Source: an uncultured Planctomycetota bacterium (GTDB lineage: Bacteria; Planctomycetota; Planctomycetia; Isosphaerales; Isosphaeraceae). From it: DNA of 64,000 nt. The stretch spans positions 64,001 through 128,000 of the forward strand of contig CAWJTV010000027.1 in assembly GCA_963845755.1 (NCBI GenBank), written 5' to 3'. The notes beneath the pieces are model-generated. The model searched no databases and had not been told where the DNA came from. It saw only the letters and a list, made by a program, of their open reading frames with translations. Of the stretch, positions 51,707-62,293 are shown in pieces (position 1 is the first letter of the stretch; each line of letters opens with the position of its first letter). The position numbers and the translations under genes were made by a program.

Positions 51707-51708
51707 TG

Positions 51709-51818
51709 CACGAGTTGGTCTGCGATCGAATGCCGGTGCAGATCCTCCGGCGCAGACGGAGCGCCCGGGGCCGGCCAGGTGGTTGAGACTCCTGCTCAGT
51801 GGCGAGGACTCGCCGGCC
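51709..51818 (-). repeat. ~110-bp duplicated 5' element, copy B
   Basis: Aligns with 50506-50617 and lies between the kinase stop and the PEP-CTERM gene. Confidence 0.8.
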
Positions 51819-51865
51819 TCTTCTTCTCGTTTCCCGTGTGTCGGCTAATCTCTTCTTGAGCTGGT

Positions 51866-54469
51866 TTACGGCTTGGTCGCCGTCTTCGCCGGGGCCTTCG
51901 CTGCTGCCAGCTTTTTCTGCCACTCGTTCGCCGTGTCTTGCTTCCCCGTCGCTTCGTAGAGCTGTACGAGCCGCTCCAGGGCCTCGTTCAGTAGGATCTT
52001 CTTCGGCACGGGCATCTTCGCCTCGCGCTGCTTCATTCCCTGGTAGCCGGCCAGCAGCAGCGGCTCGGCGCCGGCATAGTTTTTCTGGCCCAGGAGCGCG
52101 GCGCCCAGCATGGATTTCGTGTCAAACGTGGTCCACGCGTCGGGCTCCTTCTTCTCGCGGATCGCAAGGCACTCGCGGAGGAGCGTCTCGGCCTTGGCGG
52201 TCTGGCCGACCCGGATGTAGCCCCTGCCGAGGCTCTGCATCACCTTGAGAGTGTGAGGGTGGCCGGGGCCGAGCCGAACCTTGATCGGCTTGAGCGCCTC
52301 CTCGAGCAGCGGCAGGGCCAGGTCGAACTTGCCGGCGGCCTGGTAGCCCCAGGCGAGATTGTTCATGCTCTGGAGCCTGTCGGGGTGATCGGGGCTGAGC
52401 CGAACCTTCCTCCGCGCGAGCGTCTCCTCGTAGAGCGGCAGGGCCAGGGCGAGCTTGCCGTCGTCCTGGTAGCCCAGGGCGAGATTGTTCATGCTTTCGA
52501 GCGTGTCGGGGTCGTCAGGGCCGAGCGTCGCCTTCCTCCGCTTGAGCGTTTCCTCGAACAACGGCAGGGCCAGGTCGAGCTTGCCAGCGGTCCAGTAGCC
52601 CATGCCGAGGTTGTTCATGGTTGTGAGTGTGCGAGGGTCGTCGGGTCCGAGTTGAACCGTAATCCGCCTGAGCGTCTCCTCGAACAACGGCAGGGCCAGG
52701 TCGAGCTTGTTAGCGACGCCGTAGCCCCAGGCGAGATGGTTCATGCTTTGGAGCGTGTCGGGGTGGTCGGGACCGAGCTGAACCTTCCTTCGCGCGAGCG
52801 TCTCCTCGAACAGGGGCAGGGCCAGGTCGAGCTTGCCGGCGGCCTGGTAGCCCGCGGCGAGGTTGTTCATGCTTGTGAGTGTGTGGCGGTCGTCGGGTCC
52901 GAGCCTGGCCGTGAAGGTCGTCCGGGCTTTGGCGAACAAGGGGATGGCCTTCTCCGGATAACCGAGGCCGAGCTGGGACTCACCCAGGGTCATTTGCATC
53001 CGAGCGACGGCCAATGGATCGCCGATGGCCTCGCCTTCGAGCTGGGCGGTCGCCTGGTCGAGCCGTTCGCCCAGCAGGGCCTGGAGCGGTTTGCCTTCCT
53101 TCTCCGCGGCTAGCGGATTCAGATCCTTGAAAATCGAGCCCAGGATCTCGTTGGCCTTCTCGATTTGCGCCAGCCGCTTCCGGGCCGTCCTCAATCCCAC
53201 CGTCGTGCCGATCACTCCCGCCACAAGCGCCAGCACCACCAGGCTCGCAGCCAGCACCGGCCCCCGGTTCCGCCGCACGAACTTGCTCAAGCGATACCGC
53301 GCCGAGGGCGGACAGGCGGCCACCGGCTCGTCTTTCAGATAGCGTTCCACGTCCGCCGCGAAGGCGCTGGCGGTCTCGTAACGCCGCGTCCGGTCCTTCT
53401 CCAGCGCCTTCATCACGATCCAGTCCAGCTCGCCCCGGAAGAGCTGGCTCAGCCGTTTCGGGTCGCTCTGCCGGCGGGCCGACACGGTCGTCCCCGCCGG
53501 CCCCAGCGTGCTGATGCGCGTGCTCGGCTTGGGCGGCTCTTCCTCCCGGATGATCCGCCGCATCTCGTCGTAGGCCGCATCATGGAAGCGATTCCGGTCA
53601 AACGGCGTCGTGCTCGTCAGCAGCTCGTAGAGCAGAACGCCCAGGGAATAGATGTCGCTGCGCGTGTCCACGTCCAGGCCGCTCAGGGCCGCTTGCTCCG
53701 GCGACATGTACAACGGCGTGCCGATCATCTGGGCGAAGTTGGTGAACAGCGTCTTGTCGGTCAACTGCTGGCCGGCCGCCTTGGCGATGCCGAAATCGAT
53801 GACCTTCACCACCGGCGTGCCGTCGTGCAGCGTGACCAGCACGTTCGACGGCTTGATGTCGCGGTGAATGATGCCTTTCTGGTGGGCGTGCTGCACCGCC
53901 TGAGAAACGTGAACGAACAGCTCCAGACGGTCGTCGAGCGTCATCTGGCTCTGGTCGCAAAACTCGGTGATCGGGATGCCCCTGACCAGCTCCATGACGA
54001 AGTATGGCCGGCCCGAGACGGTTTCGCCGCCGTCGAAGACCTGGGCGATGTTCGGATGATCCATCAGCGCCAGCGCCTGCCGCTCGGCCTCGAAGCGGGC
54101 GACGACCTGGCGCGTGTCCATGCCCGGCTTGAGCACCTTCAGGGCGACCTTGCGGCGGACGGGCTGCGTCTGCTCGGCCATGAAGACGACACCCATGCCG
54201 CCTTCGCCGATCTGCTCCAGGAGCTTGTAGTGGCCGATCACCGTGCCCGGGCCTTCGCCACGAGGCTGGTCGGTGGTGGCCGCCGGGTCGTTGGCGGCAC
54301 CGCCATGAATGCTGCCCATCGCCTGGTGGGCGTGAAGTAGTGCATCGACCCGTCCGCGCAGATCGGCGTCGGCGCCGCAGGCCTGGTCCAGGAAGGCAGG
54401 CCATTCGTCGGCCGCGCGGTCCACGGCGGTCAGGAAAATCGATCGGGCCTGGTGTTCGATCACGGTCAT
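51866..54469 (-). CDS. Ser/Thr protein kinase with TM helix and C-terminal 42-aa TPR repeats
   Basis: GEGGMG, VALK, HRDIKPSN, DFGIAK and YMSPEQ. About five 'LGPDHPDTLxSMNNLAxGY..AGKLDLALPLFEETL' repeats (126-bp DNA units, ~52250-52900). Confidence 0.95.
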   Translation of the reverse strand: MTVIEHQARSIFLTAVDRAADEWPAFLDQACGADADLRGRVDALLHAHQAMGSIHGGAANDPAATTDQPRGEGPGTVIGHYKLLEQIGEGGMGVVFMAEQTQPVRRKVALKVLKPGMDTRQVVARFEAERQALALMDHPNIAQVFDGGETVSGRPYFVMELVRGIPITEFCDQSQMTLDDRLELFVHVSQAVQHAHQKGIIHRDIKPSNVLVTLHDGTPVVKVIDFGIAKAAGQQLTDKTLFTNFAQMIGTPLYMSPEQAALSGLDVDTRSDIYSLGVLLYELLTSTTPFDRNRFHDAAYDEMRRIIREEEPPKPSTRISTLGPAGTTVSARRQSDPKRLSQLFRGELDWIVMKALEKDRTRRYETASAFAADVERYLKDEPVAACPPSARYRLSKFVRRNRGPVLAASLVVLALVAGVIGTTVGLRTARKRLAQIEKANEILGSIFKDLNPLAAEKEGKPLQALLGERLDQATAQLEGEAIGDPLAVARMQMTLGESQLGLGYPEKAIPLFAKARTTFTARLGPDDRHTLTSMNNLAAGYQAAGKLDLALPLFEETLARRKVQLGPDHPDTLQSMNHLAWGYGVANKLDLALPLFEETLRRITVQLGPDDPRTLTTMNNLGMGYWTAGKLDLALPLFEETLKRRKATLGPDDPDTLESMNNLALGYQDDGKLALALPLYEETLARRKVRLSPDHPDRLQSMNNLAWGYQAAGKFDLALPLLEEALKPIKVRLGPGHPHTLKVMQSLGRGYIRVGQTAKAETLLRECLAIREKKEPDAWTTFDTKSMLGAALLGQKNYAGAEPLLLAGYQGMKQREAKMPVPKKILLNEALERLVQLYEATGKQDTANEWQKKLAAAKAPAKTATKP

Positions 54470-54556
54470 GGGATCCTCGTCGGCGCATCGCCTCTATCAA
54501 CCAGTGCGACGCGGCCTGGCGCGTTTTCTCACGGCGGACGAAAAATCTTCAGGCCG

Positions 54557-55118
54557 CTATGGGTTCTTCAACAGTTCGCTGTGCAGCCAGGCGCGTGCGT
54601 AAGACCAGTGCCGGTAGGCCGTCGCCGTCGAGACGCCGAGCACCGCAGCGGCCTGGTCGAGGGCCAGACCGGCAAAATACCGGAGCTTGACGAGTTCACC
54701 CGCGAGGTGGTCGAGGGCCGCCAGTCGCACGAGCGCGTCGTCCAGGGCCACGAGCTGGTCGGGGGAGATGGAGGTCGTTACGTCGAGTTCCTCGAAGTTG
54801 ACGCGCCGCCAGTCGCCGCCATGTTTCTCCCGCCCCTTGCAGCGCAGCGTTTTCGATCAGGATCCGTCGCATCGCTTCGGCGGCCGCGGCGAAGAAATGG
54901 CCGCGGCTGTTCCAGTGCTGGGCCTGCTTCACGTCAACCAACCGGAGGTAGGCCTCGTGGACCAGGGCCGTCGCTTGCAGGGTCTGGCCGGGCCGTTCGT
55001 TCGCCATCCTCTCGGCGGCCAGCTTGCGCAGCTCGTCGTAGACCAGGGGCAGGAGTTGGTCAGCGGCCTGCGAGTCGCCTTGCTCAAGCTCAGATAGGAT
55101 GCGCGTCACTGCGCTCAT
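54557..55118 (-). CDS. ECF sigma factor, planctomycete kinase-associated type (TIGR02999-like; frameshift near 54845)
   Basis: '[13 protein letters not shown]...[15 protein letters not shown]...[15 protein letters not shown]' and 'LDDAL..L...VKLRYFAGL...WSYARAWL'. Confidence 0.92.
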
Positions 55119-55325
55119 CAGCTACCCCTCCCAGAGGTGGGTTCGCACTCGCGTGAGTGTAACCGCTCGCGAAGCCGGTTGCCAGGGTGCGCGGGCACGG
55201 TCCGAGGCATTGCTGCTCACGCACCGTAAAGAGCGGACCTGGGTGAGATCCATCCCACTCCAAGAACCCTGAACCGGCTGGGTACAATCGTGGCGGGGAT
55301 AGCTCACGAGCGTTGAGGGCGGGAC

Positions 55326-56336
55326 ATGATGAATCTGATCGACCGGCTCAAGCAATGGTCCGAGATCCAGCGCGTGCGCCCGATCCACGAGGCGCCGGAC
55401 GTCGCGGGCGGACGGGATGCCGAGCTGCTGCTGAAGGAGCTGGTCGGTGCGTCCTTCCAGGCCCATTCGGCCTACCTCTTCGCCGGGCGGCGCATCCCCT
55501 CGAAACGCCAGGGGCGCCGGCGCGAGATCGACCTGATCGTCTGCACGCCCAAGATGATCCACCTGATCGAGGTGAAGAACTGGTCGGGCCGGCTGGACGT
55601 CCGGGACGGGGTCTGGTGCCAGACCCGCCGCAATGGTCAGGTCGTGGAGCACCCGGACCTGTTCGAGGCGAACCGGCAGAGGCAGGATGCGGTCGTGGAG
55701 TATCTCCACGAGCGGGGCCTGTCCCTCGCCGAATCGTTCATTCGGGACCACATCGGCCCGAAGATCATCCTGATGAACCCGCACCTGGAGCTCGAGCGCG
55801 CGATCGAGGAGCGTCCCGACGTCATCTCGCGTCGGGAGCTGGACGATTATCTCGGGCGACAGCCGCAGCGCGGGCGCGGCGAACGGATGTTCTCCTCGTT
55901 GATCGAGCTCTGCCGCGACCGCGAATCGCAACTCGAAGCGGCCTCGGCGCGATCCGCATGGGTCGAGATTCCCAACGATCCGTACCAGCGGATGGTCGCC
56001 CTGCTGGCGCAGGCCGGGACCTGGGACCGGCTCCATCTCCATGGTACGAAGGTCATCACGGGCGACGTGCTGGAACTGGCCATCGGCCGGAAGTCTTACT
56101 TCCGGCGCGAGCTGAAGGAACTGGCGGCCGATCTCCCGCTCCGGCTCCATTGGACGAGAGGGGGCGCGCTGGGGCTGGCGAAGGCCATGTCAGGCCGAGG
56201 CGCCATGGGAGTCCTCTACCTTGGCCGGACTCGCATGGAGGTCTCGCCGAGCGACACTGTCAGGTTCCACGCGGTTGGCGAGCCGGAACCGGCATCGCAC
56301 AAGCTGGTCGAGGTGAATCAGATCATCCTGGGATGA
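55326..56336 (+). CDS. NERD (nuclease-related domain) protein
   Basis: 'AGGRDAE...RREIDLIV...LIEVKNWSG' NERD/PD-(D/E)XK motif. Confidence 0.85.
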   Translation: MMNLIDRLKQWSEIQRVRPIHEAPDVAGGRDAELLLKELVGASFQAHSAYLFAGRRIPSKRQGRRREIDLIVCTPKMIHLIEVKNWSGRLDVRDGVWCQTRRNGQVVEHPDLFEANRQRQDAVVEYLHERGLSLAESFIRDHIGPKIILMNPHLELERAIEERPDVISRRELDDYLGRQPQRGRGERMFSSLIELCRDRESQLEAASARSAWVEIPNDPYQRMVALLAQAGTWDRLHLHGTKVITGDVLELAIGRKSYFRRELKELAADLPLRLHWTRGGALGLAKAMSGRGAMGVLYLGRTRMEVSPSDTVRFHAVGEPEPASHKLVEVNQIILG

Positions 56337-56367
56337 CTCAGGCTGTGAGGTCCACCGACTCCCGGCT

Positions 56368-56682
56368 TCAGGCCGCGACCGTCCGGGCCGGGTCGAGCCG
56401 TTGGCAGAGCAAGAGTTGCAACGGCTGCTGCTCCAATTCCTCGAATGTCGATGACGTTTCGAGGAGTTTGTGCATCCGTTCCAGCTCGTCGCGGTGGTCC
56501 TCGCCGTCGTAGTCCTCCTCATCCAGCATGACTTCGATGCTGGACAGGGCGGCGTCTCGGGCCGCTTCGAACGTTTCGTAGTGGTCGTACTGTTCCGGGT
56601 CGAACAGACCATCTGGATCGAGGATCACCGTGTCCACGGCATCGATCGGGAGATGAACGTAGGGCTTCGAGAGAAAATGCAT
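56368..56682 (-). CDS. Small acidic hypothetical protein
   Basis: AAGGAG RBS precedes ATG 56682. 'MHFLSKPYVHLP...YETFEAARDAAL' has coding bias. Confidence 0.7.
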   Translation of the reverse strand: MHFLSKPYVHLPIDAVDTVILDPDGLFDPEQYDHYETFEAARDAALSSIEVMLDEEDYDGEDHRDELERMHKLLETSSTFEELEQQPLQLLLCQRLDPARTVAA

Positions 56683-57110
56683 GAGGCGATCATACTCCTT
56701 TAACAAGGGGCGGTTGCGGTTGCTGCATGAAAGTCTACGCCGGGCGGAAAGGGTTGGTTCACGAAAAAACCTGTAGGTCTGACGCCCGACCGAGCGAGGA
56801 AGTTCCCGGGAGTCCAGCCGCGGGCTGCTTTCGTTCCCGGTTGTCCGCGCGCCGCAATGCGACGCTCCTGCGGTTCTTGAAGCACTACGGCATGATATCT
56901 CGCGTGTGACAGGGGCCGGTCTTCGGGAATCGTCGATCCGATGCTTCTCTTTCCGATCCGCAGCCGTGGGAGGGAAGAGCGGCGTCGGATCGCGGAGTCT
57001 CGGCGCAGCCAGGAACACGCCCCTCGTTGTGAGGGGCGTGCCCGGATGATCGCCTCGTTGGGAGTGGTGGCTTCGGCTGGGTCGCGCATCGTCGCGGCGT
57101 TGCGAATCCA

Positions 57111-57594
57111 TCAACCGACGCTGGCGGCCACATCGTCGGCCAGGCGTTCCAGCACCTCGCGGGTGAGCTGGCAGGGAACCTTCCGGCGCGCTGCGCGTTC
57201 CTTCGTCGAACGCGTAGCGTTCCATCCTTAACGAACCGTTCTGGAAGAGGTGGACCTGGTAGTAGCCGCGCTGCTCGGCGCGGGCGGTCGGGTTCTGGCT
57301 GCGGATCTGGACTTCGCCGCCGCCGGCATCGATCTCGAAGAGCTTCAGCGGCTCCATGAGGTAGGTCACCCGGCCGGCCAGCCGCTCGGCCCAGCCGCGG
57401 AGGGCCTCCGACGTCCACTCGGGCCGGCTCGTCGTGGCGAACTCCAGCGTGGTGAACGCCAGGCCGACCGAATCGAGGGCCGAGAGGTTCAAGGTCAGGC
57501 GGTTCGGACCGTCCTCGACCGTGACCGCGCACGGCGGGTCGTGGACCTTCGTGTTTTCATCAAGCACGGCGTCGATCTTTTTGCTCAGGCTCAT
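57111..57594 (-). CDS. Conserved-looking hypothetical protein downstream of spoVR (frameshift near 57190)
   Basis: GGAGG RBS, then '[13 protein letters not shown]...RVTYLMEPL...QIRS...GYYQV', completed in another frame by 'VPCQLTREVLERLADDVAASVG*'. Confidence 0.75.
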
Positions 57595-59120
57595 GAGACG
57601 AACCTCCCAATGGGCGGATTGAATGATCGGTTCCATCGAACGAAAGCAGCGTGGGCCGCCCGTCGACGCAGGTCTCCAGATGGACCGGGCGCGTCCAGAG
57701 GCGGTGCAAGTGCCGGAGCGTGTCCTGAGCATGGTCGAGCCTCAGGTCCACGCCGAAGTACTCGTGCTGCAAGTAAAGCTCACCGCGGTTGCGGTGATTG
57801 GCATCCTTCACCCGGATGATCGGCTGCCCGAAATTGGTCAGGTTGAACAGCAGCCGTTCCTTGATCTTCTTGAACTCCCGGCTCTCGATCTCGTACATCT
57901 CGGTCTGGTCGTTGTGGCGATAGCTGAAGAGCTGGTATCGGCGGCAGAAGTCCACGGTCAGGAACGTGTCGATGAAGGTCACGTCGTTGTGAATCCGCCG
58001 GACCTCGAAGATCTTCTGGCGACCTAACCCCATCGCCTTGTCCCAGTTCCGCCGCATGTCGTAGTTGTCACACTCGTCCCATTCCGAGCCGAACTGGCCC
58101 TTGTTCCAGCGTTCCTCGATGTCGCGGAGCAGTTCGATGCCCAGCTTGTAGGGATTGAGCCGGCCCGGCTGGGTGGCCATCGTCCCGGAGTGATGGTCGG
58201 CGTAGTCGAGCAGCTCGGAAGGATGGAGGGTCTTCTGCGTCATGATCGTCGAGTGCCAGAACGAGGCCCAGCCCTCGTTCATGATCTTGGTCTGCCCCTG
58301 GGGCGCGAAGTAATACGCTTCCTCCCGGATGATCGCCAGGACGTCGTGCTGCCAGGCCTTCAGCGGTGCGTGCTCGAGGAGGAACAGCAACACGTCGCGC
58401 TCCGGCTGCTCCGGGAGCGACTGCGGCTTGGCCCTCTCCTTTTCCCGATCGCTGTCCCGTTTCCGCGCCTCCTCCTTGAGGACACTCGGTGGGTTGATGA
58501 ACGAGTCCATGTAATCCTTGCTCTGGAACCGCGTCGGCTGCTCCTCTTCCTCTCCGTTGGCGGCGAAGTCGTAGCGGTTGACCTCCTCGCGCCGTTTGAT
58601 ATGTGGCGAATAGATGTCGATCAGGTTCTCCAGCGACAGGCAGTTGTCGATGAAGTTCTCGACGGTTTCCTCGCCGTAGCGGTCCATGTGCGCGCGGATC
58701 CGCGTGCCGTGGTTGGCCGTCTCATCCATCATCTTGCGGTTGGTCTGGCTGAACCAGACGGTTGTTCTTGAAGAAGTCATTGTGGCCGTAGACATGCGCC
58801 ATGACGAGCTTCTGGTCAACCATCTGGTTGCAGCGCAGGAGATAGGCATAGCACGGGTCGTTGTTGATGACCATCTCGTAGATCTTCTGGAGCCCGTAGC
58901 GGTAGCCCTTGGAGAGCTGCTGGAACTCCATGCCGAACCGCCAGTGGGGATACCGATTCGGGAAGCCGCCGAGGGCGGCGACCTCGGAGATCTCGTCGTA
59001 GTCGCAGACCTCGAAGATCGTGTCGTAGAAGTCCAGGCCGTAGGCGCGCGCGTGCGCCTCGGTCTCGATCTGCATGTCGCGAAGATCCGGCGGCAGGCTG
59101 TGAACGTTGAGGGTCGACAT
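57560..59120 (-). CDS. spoVR: SpoVR family protein (frameshift near 58760)
   Basis: '[13 protein letters not shown]', '[15 protein letters not shown]', '[13 protein letters not shown]', '[20 protein letters not shown]' and 'NPYKLG'. Confidence 0.93.
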
Positions 59121-59196
59121 GAGTTTGATTCCGTTTTATGAGGACACCGGTCCACTCTCTTTACGATCTCAACCGGTCGAATGTTGGATTCGATTC

Positions 59197-59890
59197 TCAG
59201 CCGGGCCCTCCGGCTTGTCGTCGGACGCGGGGCTTGAGCGTGCGGCGGACCCAGGCTCGGAGCGTCCGGGCCCATTCGGTCTCGGATACGGTTTGAGTCC
59301 GACTAACCCACTCGTGCAACTCGATCCGCGGCCAGGAACGGGAAGGCCGCACTGGTCGCCGACGGGGCGTACCGGCCATTCGGCTGAAGGACCAGGATAA
59401 CCACCTTCGCCACGTTGCAAATCCAGACCTCGGGCACTCGGAACCGCCGATAGACCTCGACCGCCGCATCGGCGTCGTGTGAGTGGACGGCTTCGATGGC
59501 CAGGTCTGGGGGCGGGTCGTTCTTGAGATGAAGGTTATCCTTGCCGCGAATTCGAGCCTCATTGGCCAGGTAGTAAGTCTGGTCACCCTCGACGCCGCCG
59601 TTCTTGGCCCGACGGCGGAAGGTCGTCGAACCTGCCGCAACGAAAGGGATGTTGAGGGCGACCACGACTTCAGTGACAAACCAATCGAGACGAGTCTTGA
59701 GCCGTTCGTGCGGAAATGACGGCGACATGAGCCACACCGTCCCATCGAGATAAACCATGCGAGGCGCGGGACGCTCGCGGCGGAGCCGCAGGAGCGTCAA
59801 GTAGCCATTCCAGCCAATGTCGCGGAGTGCGACGCACTGGTCGCCCTCAGCGTCTCGGGTGGACTCAATGATTGCCGTCGCCGTGCTCAT
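59197..59890 (-). CDS. Uma2 family endonuclease (probable C-terminal frameshift near 59325)
   Basis: 'MSPSFPHE', 'GSTTFRR', 'PPDLAIE' and 'YRRFRVPEVW'. Confidence 0.85.
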
Positions 59891-59939
59891 GAACGGCCCC
59901 AATCGATTGAGGAAGACTTAACTCTTTGCGATTAAAGGA

Positions 59940-60578
59940 AGAACGTCGCTAACCTTGATCCGCCCTAGCTCGCGGCCTTCGAGGATCACGAGCACTTCGT
60001 CGTCCTGACGGTAAACCTGGCTATCCCGATAACCTGCCGCCTTGCCCCGGCCCGAAGGGGACGAGTAGACCTCGATCTGGCGCTGGGCAGGTTACGATCC
60101 AGTAGACCGGGATCTTGATCGCCGCGTACCGCGCCACTTCGATCCACGATCCATCGCGTAGGACGGAATCGGCCACTTCGACCAACATCCCGAGGTCGGC
60201 GACCGGGGATCCTGCTGAGCGATAGTCGGTCGTCGCGGTCCTCGGGCCACCGCGATGTCGGGCTCCGGGTACGCCAGTACGGCCGAGTCACAACGGACTT
60301 CTCCTCGCGGATCGACCCAGGCCGGCTTGAGGACGTCCCGGAGATGCTCGCCGAGTTCCCTGACGGCGAAGTTGTGCGGATCATGTCTTGACCATCTTGT
60401 CAACCAGCAGGCCCCCCAGCAGCTCGACATGGTCCTCATCGCGGAAGATCCCGGCGTCGATCATTTTGAGGAACTGCCGCACGGTCAGCCGATAGGGGAC
60501 CAAGCCGGAGGCGGTCGCCGGGCGTGCGCCGGGAGGCGGTGCGGTCGGGATTGCCGTCTGGGACTGGGTCGACATCAT
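59940..60578 (-). pseudogene. Uma2 family endonuclease, several frameshifts (3' end approximate)
   Basis: 'YRLTVRQFLKMIDAGIF...VELLGG', 'PEPDIAVARG' and 'IPVYWIV' fragments lie in different frames. Confidence 0.75.
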
Positions 60579-61156
60579 CGGGTCTCGGTCTCGTTCTGGT
60601 ACTGCTTCTCGGCCTCGGCGAGGTCGAGTTTCTTACGATTCAGTTCGGTTGACAGCCTGGCGAACTCGCTTTTCCTCATGTCAACCAATACGGCAAAGGG
60701 GTTCTGAAAACCCTTCAGGATACCGAGGAGTTCCTTGGCGGCTCCTTTCTCTCCCTTGGCGAGATCCGCCACTGCTTGCGAGAGTTTTGTTCCGTCGACG
60801 CCCTTGAGTTCATCGGCTCCGCCCGAGCGAATCCGCTCGATGATCTCGGAGGTTTCTTTGTCGCTCTTTCCCCTTAGCTCGAGAGCCCCGGCGCCGAGCG
60901 TGTCGAACGTCGTGAGTTCCGTGATCCCGACCAACTCCATGGCTTTTGCCAAGTTCGCCCGCGCCCTTCGGAACTCGACTTGCAAGACATCCACCTCGGT
61001 TCGCAGGGTGATGACTCGCTCCCGGAGCTGAGCCCTGCCCGAGGCCGAAGGATCGGCCTTCTCAGCCGTTTGTTGGGCTCGCGAAAACGTCGCAGCCCCA
61101 ACTCCCACCAAAATGATGAGCCCCAATCCCAACCCGAGGGTTCGCGCGATTCTCAT
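60575..61156 (-). CDS. Secreted/membrane-anchored helical hypothetical protein
   Basis: N-terminal hydrophobic signal and coiled-coil segments. The stop overlaps the Uma2 start. Confidence 0.7.
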   Translation of the reverse strand: MRIARTLGLGLGLIILVGVGAATFSRAQQTAEKADPSASGRAQLRERVITLRTEVDVLQVEFRRARANLAKAMELVGITELTTFDTLGAGALELRGKSDKETSEIIERIRSGGADELKGVDGTKLSQAVADLAKGEKGAAKELLGILKGFQNPFAVLVDMRKSEFARLSTELNRKKLDLAEAEKQYQNETETR

Positions 61157-61189
61157 CCCTGGCCTCGCTTCCTGAAGACCTGAAAACGG

Positions 61190-62293
61190 TCACCGTCCGC
61201 GTCCGAGGAACTCCTTGATTGAGTCGTAAATGCCTTCCTTGTTCCGGATTTCCGATAACGCCAGGTTCTCCTCCTCCTCGAACGCCTCCTCAAGCTCGCG
61301 GTAGAATTCGCCCGAGCCGTAGGGGCTTTCGACCTGTCCGTAGCAGAAGAGGTTGCATTTGGGGAGGAGCTGGTCGCGCAACAGGCTGATGCAGTGTCGG
61401 TTGTCCTCGCCCCAGTTGTCGCCGTCGGAGAAGTGGAACACGTAGATGTTCCAATCCACCTGGGGATGCTGGTCGTCGATGATCTTGTTGGCCAGGTTGT
61501 AGGCCGAGCTGATCCGGGTCCCGCCGCTCTCTCTCGTGTGGTAGAACGTGTGCTCGTCCACTTCCCGGGCGACGGCATCATGGATGATATAGCGCGTGGT
61601 CACGCCGTCGTACTGGCTCTTGAGCCAGGCATCGATCCAGAACGACTCGGTGCGGACGATCTCCTTCTGGTCGTCGGTCATGGAGCCGGAGACGTCCATG
61701 AGGTAGAAGATGACGGCGTTGAACTGGGGGAGCGAGATCGGGTTCCAGGACCGGTAGAGCTTGTCCTCGCGGATCGGGATGACGAGAGGCTCCTTGGGGT
61801 CGTAGGCGTTGGAGGCGATCTGGCGCTTGAGGGCTTTCTTGTAGGTGCGTTTGAAGTGACGGAGGCTTTCCGGCCCGGTCTGGCGGATGCCGGTGTATTT
61901 GTCTTTTTCCTCGACGATGTTGGCGCGGCCCTTGGGCTCGATGTGGGGGAGGGCGAGCTCCTCGCCGAGGATCTGCGCGATCTCGTCCATGGTGAGCTCG
62001 ACTTCGAGGATATGGTGGCCGGGGGCCTCGCCGGCGCCGGTGCCCGCTTCGCCGTCGCCGGACCGACCGATCGGCGTACCGACGTCGCCGGGACCCTGGC
62101 CGACTCCGCCGCGGTTCTTGGTCCCGTAGCGGAACTCGGGGATCTCGATCTGGGGCAGGGGGATGGAAACCAGCTCGCCCCCGGTCTTGCCGATCATCTC
62201 GCCGTGCGTGATGTATTTCCGCAGGTCGGACTTGATCTTGCCGCGGACAATCTGCTTGAACCGGTTGGCGTCGCGATCAATTTTTCGAACCAC
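61190..62293 (-). CDS. DUF444 family (YeaH/YhbH-like, vWA-related) protein
   Basis: '[10 protein letters not shown]', 'GVGQG.G', 'MDVSGSM', 'ESGGT.ISSAY' and 'FHFSDGDNW'. It lies between prkA and spoVR. Confidence 0.92.
   Translation of the reverse strand: MVRKIDRDANRFKQIVRGKIKSDLRKYITHGEMIGKTGGELVSIPLPQIEIPEFRYGTKNRGGVGQGPGDVGTPIGRSGDGEAGTGAGEAPGHHILEVELTMDEIAQILGEELALPHIEPKGRANIVEEKDKYTGIRQTGPESLRHFKRTYKKALKRQIASNAYDPKEPLVIPIREDKLYRSWNPISLPQFNAVIFYLMDVSGSMTDDQKEIVRTESFWIDAWLKSQYDGVTTRYIIHDAVAREVDEHTFYHTRESGGTRISSAYNLANKIIDDQHPQVDWNIYVFHFSDGDNWGEDNRHCISLLRDQLLPKCNLFCYGQVESPYGSGEFYRELEEAFEEEENLALSEIRNKEGIYDSIKEFLGRGR

Noticed and set aside
50506..51818. Direct repeats as att sites/LTR-like ends or a DGR TR/VR pair
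   Set aside because: No integrase or reverse transcriptase is nearby, both copies are non-coding, and mismatches are not adenine-restricted. Kept only as a candidate leader.
52250..52900. 126-bp DNA repeats as a CRISPR or DGR template/variable repeat
   Set aside because: They are in-frame 42-aa TPR coding repeats. There is no reverse transcriptase and no adenine-specific variation.
55326..56336. NERD gene as an anti-phage defence system
   Set aside because: It stands alone, without helicase, kinase or methylase partners, so there is no contextual support.
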